Assembly: GCA_002328185.1 (NCBI GenBank)
Contig: DCWQ01000021.1
Span: 31,452 to 95,451 of the forward strand
Reading direction: 5' to 3'
Length of the DNA stretch: 64,000 nt
Source of the DNA: Dehalococcoidia bacterium UBA2158
Lineage (GTDB): Bacteria > Chloroflexota > Dehalococcoidia > Lucifugimonadales > UBA3495
Below, piece by piece: positions 29,449-38,993 of the stretch. The translations under genes were made by a program, and so were the position numbers. The notes below the pieces were generated by a model that did not search any database, was not told the DNA's origin, and worked only from the letters and a program-made list of their open reading frames with translations. Position 1 is the first letter of the stretch. Every line of letters begins with the position of its first letter.

Positions 29449-30474
29449 TTACACGTCGATGCGGTAGACCTTGGCGGCTACGTCGTGGAACATGTCGGCG
29501 CGCTCTGAGGCCGAGTGGCCCTTGGTGATGAGTTTGAAGGCGTTGTACATCACGTTATACGAGTAAGACACTTTGTCCACCGGGAAGTTGCTTTCGAACA
29601 TGCAGCGGTTGGGGCCGAACTTCTCGATACAGTAGTTGATGATTGGAGCCATGTCAGAGGCCAGTTCCTCAGAGCCGATGGGCTTGTCCCGGAGATACCA
29701 GTCGAACCCAACCCGGGGCATGCCGATGCCGCCCAGTTTCATGTAGATGTTGGGCTGCTGGGCCGCGGCGTCGATGCCCTTTCGCCAGGTGGCCATGACC
29801 TCTTGTTGGCGTCCGGCGTAGGGGCCGTCGCCCATGATGCCGCCCACGTGGCAGAGGATGATTTTCAGGTTGGGAATGGCTTTCGCCAGTTCGGCCAGTT
29901 CTTCCATCTGGGTGAAGTACATCCAGCCTTCCAGAGAGTGGCCCATGTCGGCCAGCACCTTGGCCCCGGCCCGGAAATTGTCACTGGACATCTGCCCCTT
30001 GATCTTGTGGGCGGCGGTGTTCTCCACGTCGGGATTGTCGTCCCACGTGACGGTGTGGCGGATACCCCGGAACCGATTGGGGCTGGCGGCCTGCAGGGCC
30101 TCCAACACGGGTTTCACGCCGTCGCCCAGGTTCAGGTTGGCGTGCCCGACGATGGCGGCAGCGGCCCTTCCTGGACCGTACAGCCCTGCAGCGCTGGCCG
30201 CGGCCAGGCCTTGAACGAATTCAACCTCGCCCACTGGCTTCATTTCTTCCGGCCCGTCGATGCGGTACATGGACCGGGCCTCCACGAATACGGTGGAACG
30301 CACGTTGTGGCCGCTGTTCAAGTCGTCGGCCAGCTCATGGAGCAGGTACCGCTGGAACGGGATGCGCGCGGTGCGGTAGTCCCAGAAGTGGTGGTGCGGG
30401 TCGCAGATAGGCAGGTCGGGTTCCAGGGTTTCCTCAGGGGTTAATGCCAGCCAGTCATTGCCTCCATAGGGCAT
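29449..30474 (-). CDS. Amidohydrolase family (lactonase-like, COG3618)
   Basis: ICDPHHHFWD, RGIRH, LCHVGG, MFESNFPVD. Confidence 0.88.
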   Translation of the reverse strand: MPYGGNDWLALTPEETLEPDLPICDPHHHFWDYRTARIPFQRYLLHELADDLNSGHNVRSTVFVEARSMYRIDGPEEMKPVGEVEFVQGLAAASAAGLYGPGRAAAAIVGHANLNLGDGVKPVLEALQAASPNRFRGIRHTVTWDDNPDVENTAAHKIKGQMSSDNFRAGAKVLADMGHSLEGWMYFTQMEELAELAKAIPNLKIILCHVGGIMGDGPYAGRQQEVMATWRKGIDAAAQQPNIYMKLGGIGMPRVGFDWYLRDKPIGSEELASDMAPIINYCIEKFGPNRCMFESNFPVDKVSYSYNVMYNAFKLITKGHSASERADMFHDVAAKVYRIDV

Positions 30475-30547
30475 GGTGGCGCCTCCGCAATAATTAATCT
30501 TGACGCCCAGATAATAACACGCCTAGATTCAATCATCCGCAGCCAGG

Positions 30548-30575
30548 TTGAAGACTGGGACTAGCCGGGTATAAT
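30548..30575 (+). promoter_or_regulatory. Putative sigma70 promoter of ridA-like gene
   Basis: TTGAAG-16 bp-TATAAT. Confidence 0.45.
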
Positions 30576-30623
30576 TGCGGCGGCGGTCTACACAGATAAC
30601 TGCACTCAAATCAGGGAGATACC

Positions 30624-31013
30624 ATGGCTGACAAGGGACGTTCGATACACGTTGACGGCGTCAAACACGGCGCGCCGATTCCCATGGGGGCGCGGGTCGG
30701 CAACATGATCTTCTCCAGCGGCATAATGGGCACTGACCCGTCCACCGGCAAGGTTCCAGAAGACCTGGAAAGCCAGTGCGTGTTCGCCTTCGCCAACATG
30801 AAGACCATGCTGGAGAACGCAGGCGCGACCACCAAGAGCGTCGGGACGATCAAAGTCTATATGAAGGACCGGTCCCAGCGAGAGGCGGTTAACCGTCCCT
30901 GGCTGGAGATGTTCCCCGACGAGGATGACCGGCCTGCTCGCCATGCCATCGAGTACGAAGCCTTTCCTCCGGGTGTTCTGGTACAGTTGGAGATTGTGGC
31001 CGTGGTCGACTGA
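30624..31013 (+). CDS. RidA/YjgF family protein
   Basis: GNMIFSSG, RPARHAI (conserved Arg), QLEIVA. Confidence 0.88.
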   Translation: MADKGRSIHVDGVKHGAPIPMGARVGNMIFSSGIMGTDPSTGKVPEDLESQCVFAFANMKTMLENAGATTKSVGTIKVYMKDRSQREAVNRPWLEMFPDEDDRPARHAIEYEAFPPGVLVQLEIVAVVD

Positions 31014-31062
31014 CCGGCCCTCGCTTTATAAAGAGCCAATAACGTCTAAACAGAGGTCTTAG

Positions 31063-31911
31063 TTGCAACCGGAAAGCAGATTCGTAGAGTCCAACGGGGT
31101 CAACCACCATTACCTGGAATGGGGCAGCCCCGATTACCCAAGCGTAGTCATGTTTCATGCCGTTGGCATGTCCTCCCAGATATGGAATAACACCGCCAGG
31201 GACCTGGCCCGGGACTACCATGTTCGTTCCTTCGATCTCAGGGGCCACGGCGACACCGAGCATCCCGAGGGCGGTTTCACCTTCCAACAGATTGGCCAAG
31301 ACACCGCCTCGGTCATTCAGGCTTTGGGCCTTGAGGGTTCGATCGCGGTCGGGCACTCCGCCGGCGGGATGTCTATGCTGATCGCCGATTCCATGTTCCC
31401 TGGGATTGTCAGCAAGGGAGTCTTGGTCGACACACGGGTGGGCGATAGCCCGATGGCGCTGTTATCTCCCGAGGAACAGAAACTGCGCATGGAACGAACC
31501 CTTCAGAAGCGGTCAATCTGGGGAAGCCGGAAAGCGATGCACGAGGCCTACCGCGACCGCCGGGTTTTCAAACCATGGGAGGATGAGGTCTTCGCCGACT
31601 ACATCGATGGCAACACCCGCTTGTTGGATGACGGCACTGTTGAATTGAAGTGCAAGCCCTACGTTGAAGAAGAGTTCTACTCGAACCGCCGGCACCTGGA
31701 TACTTTGGAAGTCCTACGGGGTCTGGGCGGCGAGTACGTCTTGTTGGTGGGTGACTATGAGGGAGCGCAAACTCCCCAGGACGCCGCCGTGCAGCATCTG
31801 CAGCAGGAGACCAAAGGGTTCCAGCTCAAGGAACTGGGCGCGGGCTCCCACTTTGTGCCCATGGAGTACCCAGCGTTGGTGCTGAAAGAGATTCGGAACT
31901 TCATAGACTAG
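31063..31911 (+). CDS. Alpha/beta-fold hydrolase
   Basis: DLRGHGDT, nucleophile elbow GHSAGG, GSHFVPME. Confidence 0.88.
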   Translation: MQPESRFVESNGVNHHYLEWGSPDYPSVVMFHAVGMSSQIWNNTARDLARDYHVRSFDLRGHGDTEHPEGGFTFQQIGQDTASVIQALGLEGSIAVGHSAGGMSMLIADSMFPGIVSKGVLVDTRVGDSPMALLSPEEQKLRMERTLQKRSIWGSRKAMHEAYRDRRVFKPWEDEVFADYIDGNTRLLDDGTVELKCKPYVEEEFYSNRRHLDTLEVLRGLGGEYVLLVGDYEGAQTPQDAAVQHLQQETKGFQLKELGAGSHFVPMEYPALVLKEIRNFID

Positions 31912-31936
31912 CTACGTGTAGACTTAGGCAAGCAAA

Positions 31937-32004
31937 TGGTTCGACGGGCTCACCGCGAACGGAAGCAAGGGTTTTCCCTCGTTCGTCCTGAGCTCTGTCT
32001 AAGG
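31937..32004. repeat. REP-like inverted pair
   Basis: tggttcgacgggctcaccgcgaacgg ... cgttcgtcctgagctctgtctaagg. Confidence 0.7.
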
Positions 32005-32077
32005 GTCTATCCATTGGTTATAACGGTTGTTTAGGCAACTTTAGCGAGAATCATTCCCGAATAAAGAGGTACCCACA

Positions 32078-32596
32078 TTGGCCAATCAAGAAGGCGGATT
32101 CAGCCCGCAAACGATAATGGATCACCTGAAAGCCAACAATGTTACTCATGTGATCTGGCTACCCGACAGTGAGACCAACTTCCTATACGTGCTGCTGAAG
32201 GAAGAACCCTCATTGGAACTTGTCACCGTAAGCCGGGAGGGTCAGGCGTTCTCCACAGCATCGGGCCTTTCAGTGGGCGGGGCCAAGCCGGTCATCCTGA
32301 TACAGAACACGGGCCTGATGGAGTCGGGAGATTCCATGCGGGGCTGGGTCATGGGCATGAATATCCCTGTTGTGATGATGGTGGGGTACCGGGGTTGGAC
32401 CCGTCATGGGGTCGACACCGACACCGCGGCAACCTACACCGAGCATTTCCTCCACGCATTTGGTATCAAGTATTACCTGGTAGAGAGCGATGCTGATGCG
32501 GACCGGATCCAGGTGGCATTCGAGCGGGCCGACCGGACCAAGCAGCCGGTTGCCGTGCTGATTGGCGATGAATATCACGGTTTTGTTCAGAGATAA
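32078..32596 (+). CDS. ThDP enzyme PYR subunit (sulfopyruvate/phosphonopyruvate decarboxylase alpha, ComD-like)
   Basis: LPDS, SREG, QNTGL, IPVVMMVGYRG. Confidence 0.8.
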   Translation: MANQEGGFSPQTIMDHLKANNVTHVIWLPDSETNFLYVLLKEEPSLELVTVSREGQAFSTASGLSVGGAKPVILIQNTGLMESGDSMRGWVMGMNIPVVMMVGYRGWTRHGVDTDTAATYTEHFLHAFGIKYYLVESDADADRIQVAFERADRTKQPVAVLIGDEYHGFVQR

Positions 32597-32643
32597 CCTA
32601 GAGACCAACGCCCAATTTTTGTAGATGAGATTGTAGAGGACTG

Positions 32644-33234
32644 ATGTTCCAGACAGCTGATATGTTCAAGGCCTTCGCACCCTACCGGGGGAACGCCGTG
32701 GTGATTCCGGGCCGGGGCGGCCGCCACTGGATCAACCTAAGCGATCAGCCGAACCGTGACGTCCCCCTGGGCGACCCGGCGATGGGCGGCCACGCTTCCT
32801 TCGCATTTGGTCTCGCCATGTCTCGGCCCGATGAGAAGGTCATCCTGTTCGACTCGGAAGGCGACATCCTGATGAACATGGGCGCGCTGACCACCATTGC
32901 AGAAAAAGACCCCAAGAACTTCTACCACTTCGTTCTTGATAATGGCGTTTATGCGACCACGGGCGGACAGCCAGTGCCGAACGCCCAGAATGTTCAATAC
33001 GATGTTATCGCCAAAGGGTGCGGCTATCCGTCGACCTACGCCTTCGATAACTTGGAAGACTTCACCAACAACATCGAAGAGATCCTCAGCAAGCCCGGCC
33101 CGGTGTTCGTGACCATGAAGGTTGCTCCGGAGGTTGAGAACACTCCCATCAACCAACGGGTCCGCTGGCAGAAGAAAACCCGCGACCAGACCATTGCCGA
33201 CCTGCAGAAAGACCTGGGGCCTCGGAAGGGTTAG
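32644..33234 (+). CDS. ThDP enzyme PP subunit (ComE-like)
   Basis: MGGHASFAFGLA, DSEGDILMNMG, LDNGVYATTGGQP. Confidence 0.8.
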   Translation: MFQTADMFKAFAPYRGNAVVIPGRGGRHWINLSDQPNRDVPLGDPAMGGHASFAFGLAMSRPDEKVILFDSEGDILMNMGALTTIAEKDPKNFYHFVLDNGVYATTGGQPVPNAQNVQYDVIAKGCGYPSTYAFDNLEDFTNNIEEILSKPGPVFVTMKVAPEVENTPINQRVRWQKKTRDQTIADLQKDLGPRKG

Positions 33235-33238
33235 ATCG

Positions 33239-34456
33239 TTGGAGACCGGCAAGGAAAACCCTCAGCCTCTGACTGGAGTCCGGGTCCTCGACCTATCGGG
33301 CGACCTGGGCGTTTACTGTGGCAAGTTGTTGGCCGACATAGGCGCCGACGTGATCAAGGTAGAGCCTCCGGGCGGCGATCCTATGCGCGGCACCGGCCCA
33401 TTTGTCGAAAGCGCCACACCTCTTGAGAATAGTCTCCACTGGCTGCATTACAACACCAACAAACGTGGTATCACCCTGGATATCGCTTCGGATTCCGGAG
33501 TTGTTCTGCTTCAGGGTTTGGCGGCAACCGCGGATGTCCTGGTGGAGACTTTTCAGCCCGGATACCTCGGTTCATTGGGACTGGGTTATGAGCACCTCAG
33601 CGAAGCTAATGCTGGGCTGGTTTACGCCTCCTTGACGCCCTTTGGCCAGACCGGACCCTACCGTGGTTACAAGGGCAGCGACCTGACCGGCTTCGCCATG
33701 GGCGGCTACATGTACGTCACCGGGTGGCCCGACACCCCACCCAACAAACTCTGGGGTCTGCAGGCATATCAGACCACTTCCAACCGGGCGTTCATCGGCA
33801 TCCTCATCGCCCTCTACCACCGTCTCGCCACCGGGGAAGGACAGCATGTGGATGTGTCCATGCAGGAAGCCGTCACTACCACCACCGAGCACGTGAACAC
33901 CGCCTACAACTACACCGGCCAGAACGCAGTCCGCTGTGGGTTCCGGCACGGGGGCCAGTTCGTGGCCACCTGGCAGTGCAAAGACGGCTACGTCAGCATC
34001 ACCACCAACACCGCAAAAGCGTGGAACGACCTGAGGGCCTGGATGGACGGCGACGGCATGGCCGGCGACTTGATGGACGAGCAGTACAACGATCGCTTCA
34101 TCCTCCGTGGTGAACACGGCGCCCACATCGAAGAGCTAGTCGAAGCTTGGACTTTGACCCACACCCGTCAGGAGATCACCGACTGGGGGCAAGCCAACCA
34201 CCACCCCTGGGGTCCGGTGACCACCGCCGCCGAGTTGCTGGACAACGAACAACTCTGGGCCCGCGGGTTCTATTCCATACCTGCTGGCGAGGATAAATTG
34301 GTCTATCCGGGCGCTCCCTACAAGCTGTCAGAGTCTGGCTGGCAGCTTGTCTCGCAGGCGCCGCAGGTCGGCCAGCACAACAGCCAAGTCTACTGTGAGG
34401 AACTGGGTCTGTCGGCGGATGAACTTCAGGACCTGATCACGGCTGGAGTTGTCTAA
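33239..34456 (+). CDS. Class III CoA-transferase subunit lacking catalytic Asp (BbsE-like)
   Basis: LTGVRVLDL, GADVIKVEPPGGD, TPFGQTGP; QAYQ where AxxD is expected; TTG start inferred. Confidence 0.85.
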   Translation: METGKENPQPLTGVRVLDLSGDLGVYCGKLLADIGADVIKVEPPGGDPMRGTGPFVESATPLENSLHWLHYNTNKRGITLDIASDSGVVLLQGLAATADVLVETFQPGYLGSLGLGYEHLSEANAGLVYASLTPFGQTGPYRGYKGSDLTGFAMGGYMYVTGWPDTPPNKLWGLQAYQTTSNRAFIGILIALYHRLATGEGQHVDVSMQEAVTTTTEHVNTAYNYTGQNAVRCGFRHGGQFVATWQCKDGYVSITTNTAKAWNDLRAWMDGDGMAGDLMDEQYNDRFILRGEHGAHIEELVEAWTLTHTRQEITDWGQANHHPWGPVTTAAELLDNEQLWARGFYSIPAGEDKLVYPGAPYKLSESGWQLVSQAPQVGQHNSQVYCEELGLSADELQDLITAGVV

Positions 34457-35663
34457 TATGGCCCTTGCACTGAAGGGCATCAGAGTGCTCGATTTCACCT
34501 GGATACATGCTGGACCCTCGGCCACGCGGATACTCTCCGACCAAGGGGCTCAGGTGATCAAAGTCGAGTCCAACCAGGCGCTCTCGGTGGTAGGAGGTCC
34601 GGCGTCCAATACGGCCCGGGGACTGGGGCAGCGTCACAACTGGAACGCCGGGAAGTCCTCTATCTCCTTGAACATGAAGACCGACGCCGGGAAGGAACTG
34701 GCCCGGAGACTGGTGGCGGTGTCCGACGTTGTGGCCGAGAATTTCAGCGGCCGGGTGATGCCTGGCTGGGGTATGGATTACGACGGCATTCGGGATATAA
34801 AGCCCGACATCATCATGCTCAGCATGTCGGGGTTCGGGCGCACCGGGCCCTGGAAGGACCGGGTCAGTTACGGCCAGACGCTCCAAGCCTGGTCTGGGTT
34901 CACCGACCTGACCGGCTTTCCCGACACCAAGCCCAGCGGCCCGGCCAGCGCCTACAGCGACGCGGTTGGCGGCATGGCGGGCGCACAGGCAGTTCTGCTG
35001 GCATTGATTCAGCGGGCGCGGACCGGCCGGGGCCAGTGGATCGACGTCTCCCAGATGGAGGCCATGTCCTCGCTATTGGGCCCCCTAACCTTGGAACTGA
35101 GCGCGAAAGGAAACGATGTTCAACGAACAGGCAACCGGCTGCATCATGGCGGCGGCGCTCCCCACGGGGCCTACCGTTGTAAAGGCAACGATCGCTGGTT
35201 GGCGATAACGGTTTTCACCGATGACGAGTGGAGCGCTTTCGTCGGGGCCATCGGCTCTCCTGATTGGGCCTCCGACCATCGGTTTGCCAATTCTGAGTCC
35301 CGCCTAAGCTACGCCGACGACCTGGACAAGCTGGTTGAGTCTTGGACCTCGGAGCAAAACGCTGAGGACGCGATGCACCTCTTACAAGCGGCCGGGGTTG
35401 CCGCCGGGGTGGTTCAGACCGGCAAAGACATGGCCGAAAACGACCCGCATCTGCGGGAGCGCGGTATTTTCCACCAAGTCGCCGACTCCGCTGGGACAAT
35501 GCGCACTATCGAAAGAGCGCCCTACAAACTGTCCCGAACGCCCGGCAAAGTCACCGGAGGAGCCCCGGAATTCGGCGCCGACCAGGACTTTGTCCTTAGG
35601 GATATATTGGGCGTTAATGACGAAGAACTGGCGGAGATGGCCATCGCCGGGGCATTTGATTAA
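34449..35663 (+). CDS. Class III CoA-transferase (BbsF-like)
   Basis: LKGIRVLDF, AGP, SGFGRTGP, AYSD catalytic Asp. Confidence 0.9.
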   Translation: MSNMALALKGIRVLDFTWIHAGPSATRILSDQGAQVIKVESNQALSVVGGPASNTARGLGQRHNWNAGKSSISLNMKTDAGKELARRLVAVSDVVAENFSGRVMPGWGMDYDGIRDIKPDIIMLSMSGFGRTGPWKDRVSYGQTLQAWSGFTDLTGFPDTKPSGPASAYSDAVGGMAGAQAVLLALIQRARTGRGQWIDVSQMEAMSSLLGPLTLELSAKGNDVQRTGNRLHHGGGAPHGAYRCKGNDRWLAITVFTDDEWSAFVGAIGSPDWASDHRFANSESRLSYADDLDKLVESWTSEQNAEDAMHLLQAAGVAAGVVQTGKDMAENDPHLRERGIFHQVADSAGTMRTIERAPYKLSRTPGKVTGGAPEFGADQDFVLRDILGVNDEELAEMAIAGAFD

Positions 35664-35761
35664 CCCATTCGCCGATTGTAAAACCAGGTTTCAGAAGCGA
35701 TAATACGGCTCGATTTCCAGCCTCAATTTTGACTGGAAATGACCGACACTAAGGAGACACC

Positions 35762-36982
35762 ATGGAGACCAGCCTTGTAGGGAAATATGCCATCGTTGGC
35801 ATTGGCGAGACTGAATACAGCCGGGCTTCTGGCCGTACCACTAGGGCCATGGGCGCGATGGCCATCCGGAGGGCCATGGACGACGCCGGACTGGGTTCCG
35901 GCGACGTTGACGGGATGCTCAGCTACCACAGCGGGGATTCCACACCGTCGACGTCCATCATGTACGACCTGGGGCTCAGGCCCAACTTCTATATGGACTG
36001 CTCTGGTGGCGGATCCAGCTCCGAGGCCTTGATCGGCCTAGCCATGGGCGCCATTGAGGCCGGCATGTGCGACACCGTGGCCATCTTCCGGTCCATGAAC
36101 GGTTACTCCAACTTCCGCATCGGTGGCACCGGCGCCAGAGCTGCTTCGGGCATATCCGGCCTAGATTTAATGAAACGCCCCTACGGTCTGATCAGCGCTG
36201 TGCAGCAATTCGCCTTCAATTTCACCAAGCACATGGCAACCTATGGGGTGAAGAGCGAGGACCTGGCCCATATCAAAGTCGCCCACAGCAACCACGCCAG
36301 CAACAACCCCAAAGCAATGATGAAACAAAGGGTCACCGTTCAAGACGTGACGGACTCTCGCTGGATCATCCGCCCCGTGGCCCATCTGCTGGACTGCTGC
36401 CTGGAGACCGACAACGCCACCTGCGTGATAGTCACCTCCGCCGAGCGGGCCAAGAACCTGAAACAAACTCCGGCCCACATCATCGGAGTCCAGGGCAGGG
36501 GCACCAAGCATGGCGGCGACTTCCACCTTCAGCACGGCAACCTGCCTGCGGTGGCGGGCCAATACGTCGGTCCACGCATCTTCGAACAGGCGGGGATCAA
36601 GCACGAAGATGTTGACGTCACTGGCTGCTACGACGCCTTCACCTACACTGTCATCCTCCAGTTGGAGGACTACGGCTGGTGCAAGAAGGGCGAGGGCAAG
36701 GACTACGTCAAGAGCGGTGTCATCAACCTGGGCGGGGCCCGGCCCAACAACACGAGCGGCGGCCATCTGTGCGAGGCCTACACCCACGGGATGAATATGG
36801 TCATCGAAAACGTGCGGCAGCTACGGGGCGCCGTTGACGACTATTGCCCCAACGCCGCCGACGGTGTGCACACCTATGACTATTCTGAGGGCGGCTGCCG
36901 ACAGGTTAAGGACGCCAAGATCAGCATGAATATGGGATGGGGTACCCCCGCAGTGGGGAGCGCTCTCATCATGAGGAAGTAA
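35762..36982 (+). CDS. SCP2-type thiolase-fold protein, Ltp2-like aldolase
   Basis: GIGET, GGGSS (no nucleophilic Cys), LLDCCLETD, YDAFT, GGHLCEAYTHG. Confidence 0.85.
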   Translation: METSLVGKYAIVGIGETEYSRASGRTTRAMGAMAIRRAMDDAGLGSGDVDGMLSYHSGDSTPSTSIMYDLGLRPNFYMDCSGGGSSSEALIGLAMGAIEAGMCDTVAIFRSMNGYSNFRIGGTGARAASGISGLDLMKRPYGLISAVQQFAFNFTKHMATYGVKSEDLAHIKVAHSNHASNNPKAMMKQRVTVQDVTDSRWIIRPVAHLLDCCLETDNATCVIVTSAERAKNLKQTPAHIIGVQGRGTKHGGDFHLQHGNLPAVAGQYVGPRIFEQAGIKHEDVDVTGCYDAFTYTVILQLEDYGWCKKGEGKDYVKSGVINLGGARPNNTSGGHLCEAYTHGMNMVIENVRQLRGAVDDYCPNAADGVHTYDYSEGGCRQVKDAKISMNMGWGTPAVGSALIMRK

Positions 36983-36986
36983 CAAC

Positions 36987-37490
36987 ATGGCTAATTACGA
37001 ATACCGAGGCCAGATGCTGAGCATCCCAGAGAACGACAGCGAGTACCGCGGCTACTTCGAGGCCGCAGGTGAGCACCGGCTGGTGGTTAAGAAATGCGGT
37101 GCTTGCGGTCTATTGCGCGGAGAACCGGGTCCCGCCTGTCCGTGGTGTCCCTCCCTGGACTGGGAGTGGGTTGAGGTCAGCGGCAAGGGGGCCATTTACA
37201 GTTATCAGATCGTCGCCCATACCGTGGTGCCCGCTCTGAAGGAACTGGCGCCCTTCGCCATCGTCTTGGTGGAATTGGATGAGCAGAGCGGCCAGCCGAC
37301 ACCGGAAGACGGCCTCCGCATCGTAACTAACCTGCTGGATGCCGACCTGAAACCGGAGAAAGAGGAGAACGTGGCCATCGGCGCCCGCGTCGAGGTCATC
37401 TTCGACGACGAGCCTGATGGAATCAGCATCCCCCATTTCAAGTTGTCCGGAGAGCCGCCCAAGGGGCAGACTTGGCAGCATACGTTTTAG
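36987..37490 (+). CDS. DUF35 (Zn-ribbon + OB-fold) protein
   Basis: CGAC..CPWC, SGKGAIYSY, LVELDE, IGARVEV. Confidence 0.9.
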   Translation: MANYEYRGQMLSIPENDSEYRGYFEAAGEHRLVVKKCGACGLLRGEPGPACPWCPSLDWEWVEVSGKGAIYSYQIVAHTVVPALKELAPFAIVLVELDEQSGQPTPEDGLRIVTNLLDADLKPEKEENVAIGARVEVIFDDEPDGISIPHFKLSGEPPKGQTWQHTF

Positions 37491-37502
37491 GCAAAAATAC
37501 CT

Positions 37503-37597
37503 TTCGTACTGAGCTTGTCGAAAGATGCGAATAAGTCATTCTTGCATCGGACACAGGCTTGAATGCAAACGGTGGTTCGACAGGCTCCCATGAGCGG
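37503..37597. repeat. REP-like inverted pair
   Basis: ttcgtactgagcttgtcgaa ... ggttcgacaggctcccatgagcgg. Confidence 0.7.
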
Positions 37598-37635
37598 AAA
37601 AAGGTACTTTGATACTGGCAACCCAGCACACGAGA

Positions 37636-38001
37636 ATGGACAGATATTTGACCAGGCTGATCAGCTTTGACATCGACGGCACCCTCGAAATCGGCGACCC
37701 TCCGGGCGGCATCACCATGGAGATGGTCCGTCGGGTGAAGGGTTTGGGGTACTTGATCGGCAGTTGCTCGGACCGCACCGTGAGCGAGCAACGCCGCATC
37801 TGGCGGGACAACGGCATCAAGGTGGAGTTCACCGTGCTGAAGCACCGGCTTGAAGAGGTCAAGGAGCAGATCCCAGCAGACGAGTACTATCACGTCGGCG
37901 ACACCGAGGCCGACAGGCGGGCATCGCTCCAAGCCGGGTTCAATTTTCTGCCCATGGACGATGCCGTCATTCGTTTCTTGAACGGGTTAACGCCCCAATA
38001 G
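37636..38001 (+). CDS. Short HAD-superfamily hydrolase
   Basis: FDIDGTL motif I, HVGDTEAD motif IV. Confidence 0.8.
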   Translation: MDRYLTRLISFDIDGTLEIGDPPGGITMEMVRRVKGLGYLIGSCSDRTVSEQRRIWRDNGIKVEFTVLKHRLEEVKEQIPADEYYHVGDTEADRRASLQAGFNFLPMDDAVIRFLNGLTPQ

Positions 38002-38754
38002 GTGGCCAAAATAATCAACCGGCTTTACGGCGACTTGTCCTATCTCTGGCCGATCATCAGCCCGCCTGAGGAGTATGGCAGCGAGGCTGCGTTCTTCGGC
38101 GATGTTGTTCATGAGGAACTGGGTTCCGGTAGACATAAGTTGCTGGAAATGGGCGTGGGCGGCGGGCACAACCTCTCCCATCTAACACTCGATTTCGAAT
38201 GCACCGCCGTCGATCTGTCGCCCGACATGGTGGCCCTCTCGCAGGGTCTCAATCCCGAGGTCGAACACTACGTAGGCGACATGCGCTACATTCGCCTCGG
38301 GCAGACCTTCGATGCCGTGCTGGTCCACGATGCCGCCTCATATCTACTGACCGAGCAGGACCTTCAGGAGACCTTCGCCACCGCAGTGGCCCACCTGCGG
38401 CCCGGAGGCGTGTTGATGGTGGCCCCGGACTGGGTGCAAGAGACCTTCCCCGACGGATGGGTCTACACCTGGGACCGGCTGCAGGGGGACATCGAGGTCA
38501 ACATTCAGGAAGTCATGACGGACCCGGACCCGACGGATACCCAGGTGGAATCAACCTACACCTACACCATCAAGAAAGACGGGCAAACGACGGTGGAGGT
38601 AGACACCCACATAACGGGCATATTCCCCCTCAACACCTGGACCGATCTGATGGGGCAGGACGGGTTCTCGGTGGAAGTGCGCTCCCTGCCACCCAACAAG
38701 GGCGGCTATGGTTCTTGGCTGTTTATCGGACTTCTTGGAATGTCCAGAAGTTGA
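38002..38754 (+). CDS. Class I SAM-dependent methyltransferase
   Basis: LEMGVGGG, VDLSPDM, GDMR, HLRPGG. Confidence 0.9.
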   Translation: MAKIINRLYGDLSYLWPIISPPEEYGSEAAFFGDVVHEELGSGRHKLLEMGVGGGHNLSHLTLDFECTAVDLSPDMVALSQGLNPEVEHYVGDMRYIRLGQTFDAVLVHDAASYLLTEQDLQETFATAVAHLRPGGVLMVAPDWVQETFPDGWVYTWDRLQGDIEVNIQEVMTDPDPTDTQVESTYTYTIKKDGQTTVEVDTHITGIFPLNTWTDLMGQDGFSVEVRSLPPNKGGYGSWLFIGLLGMSRS

Positions 38755-38839
38755 CCGCACCCGAAGAGGTGGCCCCAACGGACCTCAACACGAACGGATG
38801 AGCCAAGCCCGTCTTGAACGAACCGTTGGACCGAATCGT

Positions 38840-38938
38840 TCGCCCCGAACTCCGCAGAAGGGCGCGCATAAGTCATGCTTCCGAGCTCGTGAACTCGAAC
38901 TTAGGCCAGCGGTGGTTCGACAGCTCTCACCACGAACC
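38840..38938. repeat. Degenerate REP-like pair
   Basis: gtggttcgacagctctcaccacgaac and cgttcgccccgaact..gaagggcg. Confidence 0.55.
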
Positions 38939-38993
38939 AATTCCAATTCCGAACAGCGCCGCTGAGTAAATTGGCCGGAGCCGGGACTGAAGT

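Noticed and set aside
35762-37490. Assignment as bbsAB/bbsEF anaerobic toluene pathway
   Set aside because: The thiolase-fold protein lacks the nucleophilic Cys and has Ltp2-type tyrosines; no bss, bbsCD, bbsG or bbsH genes are present
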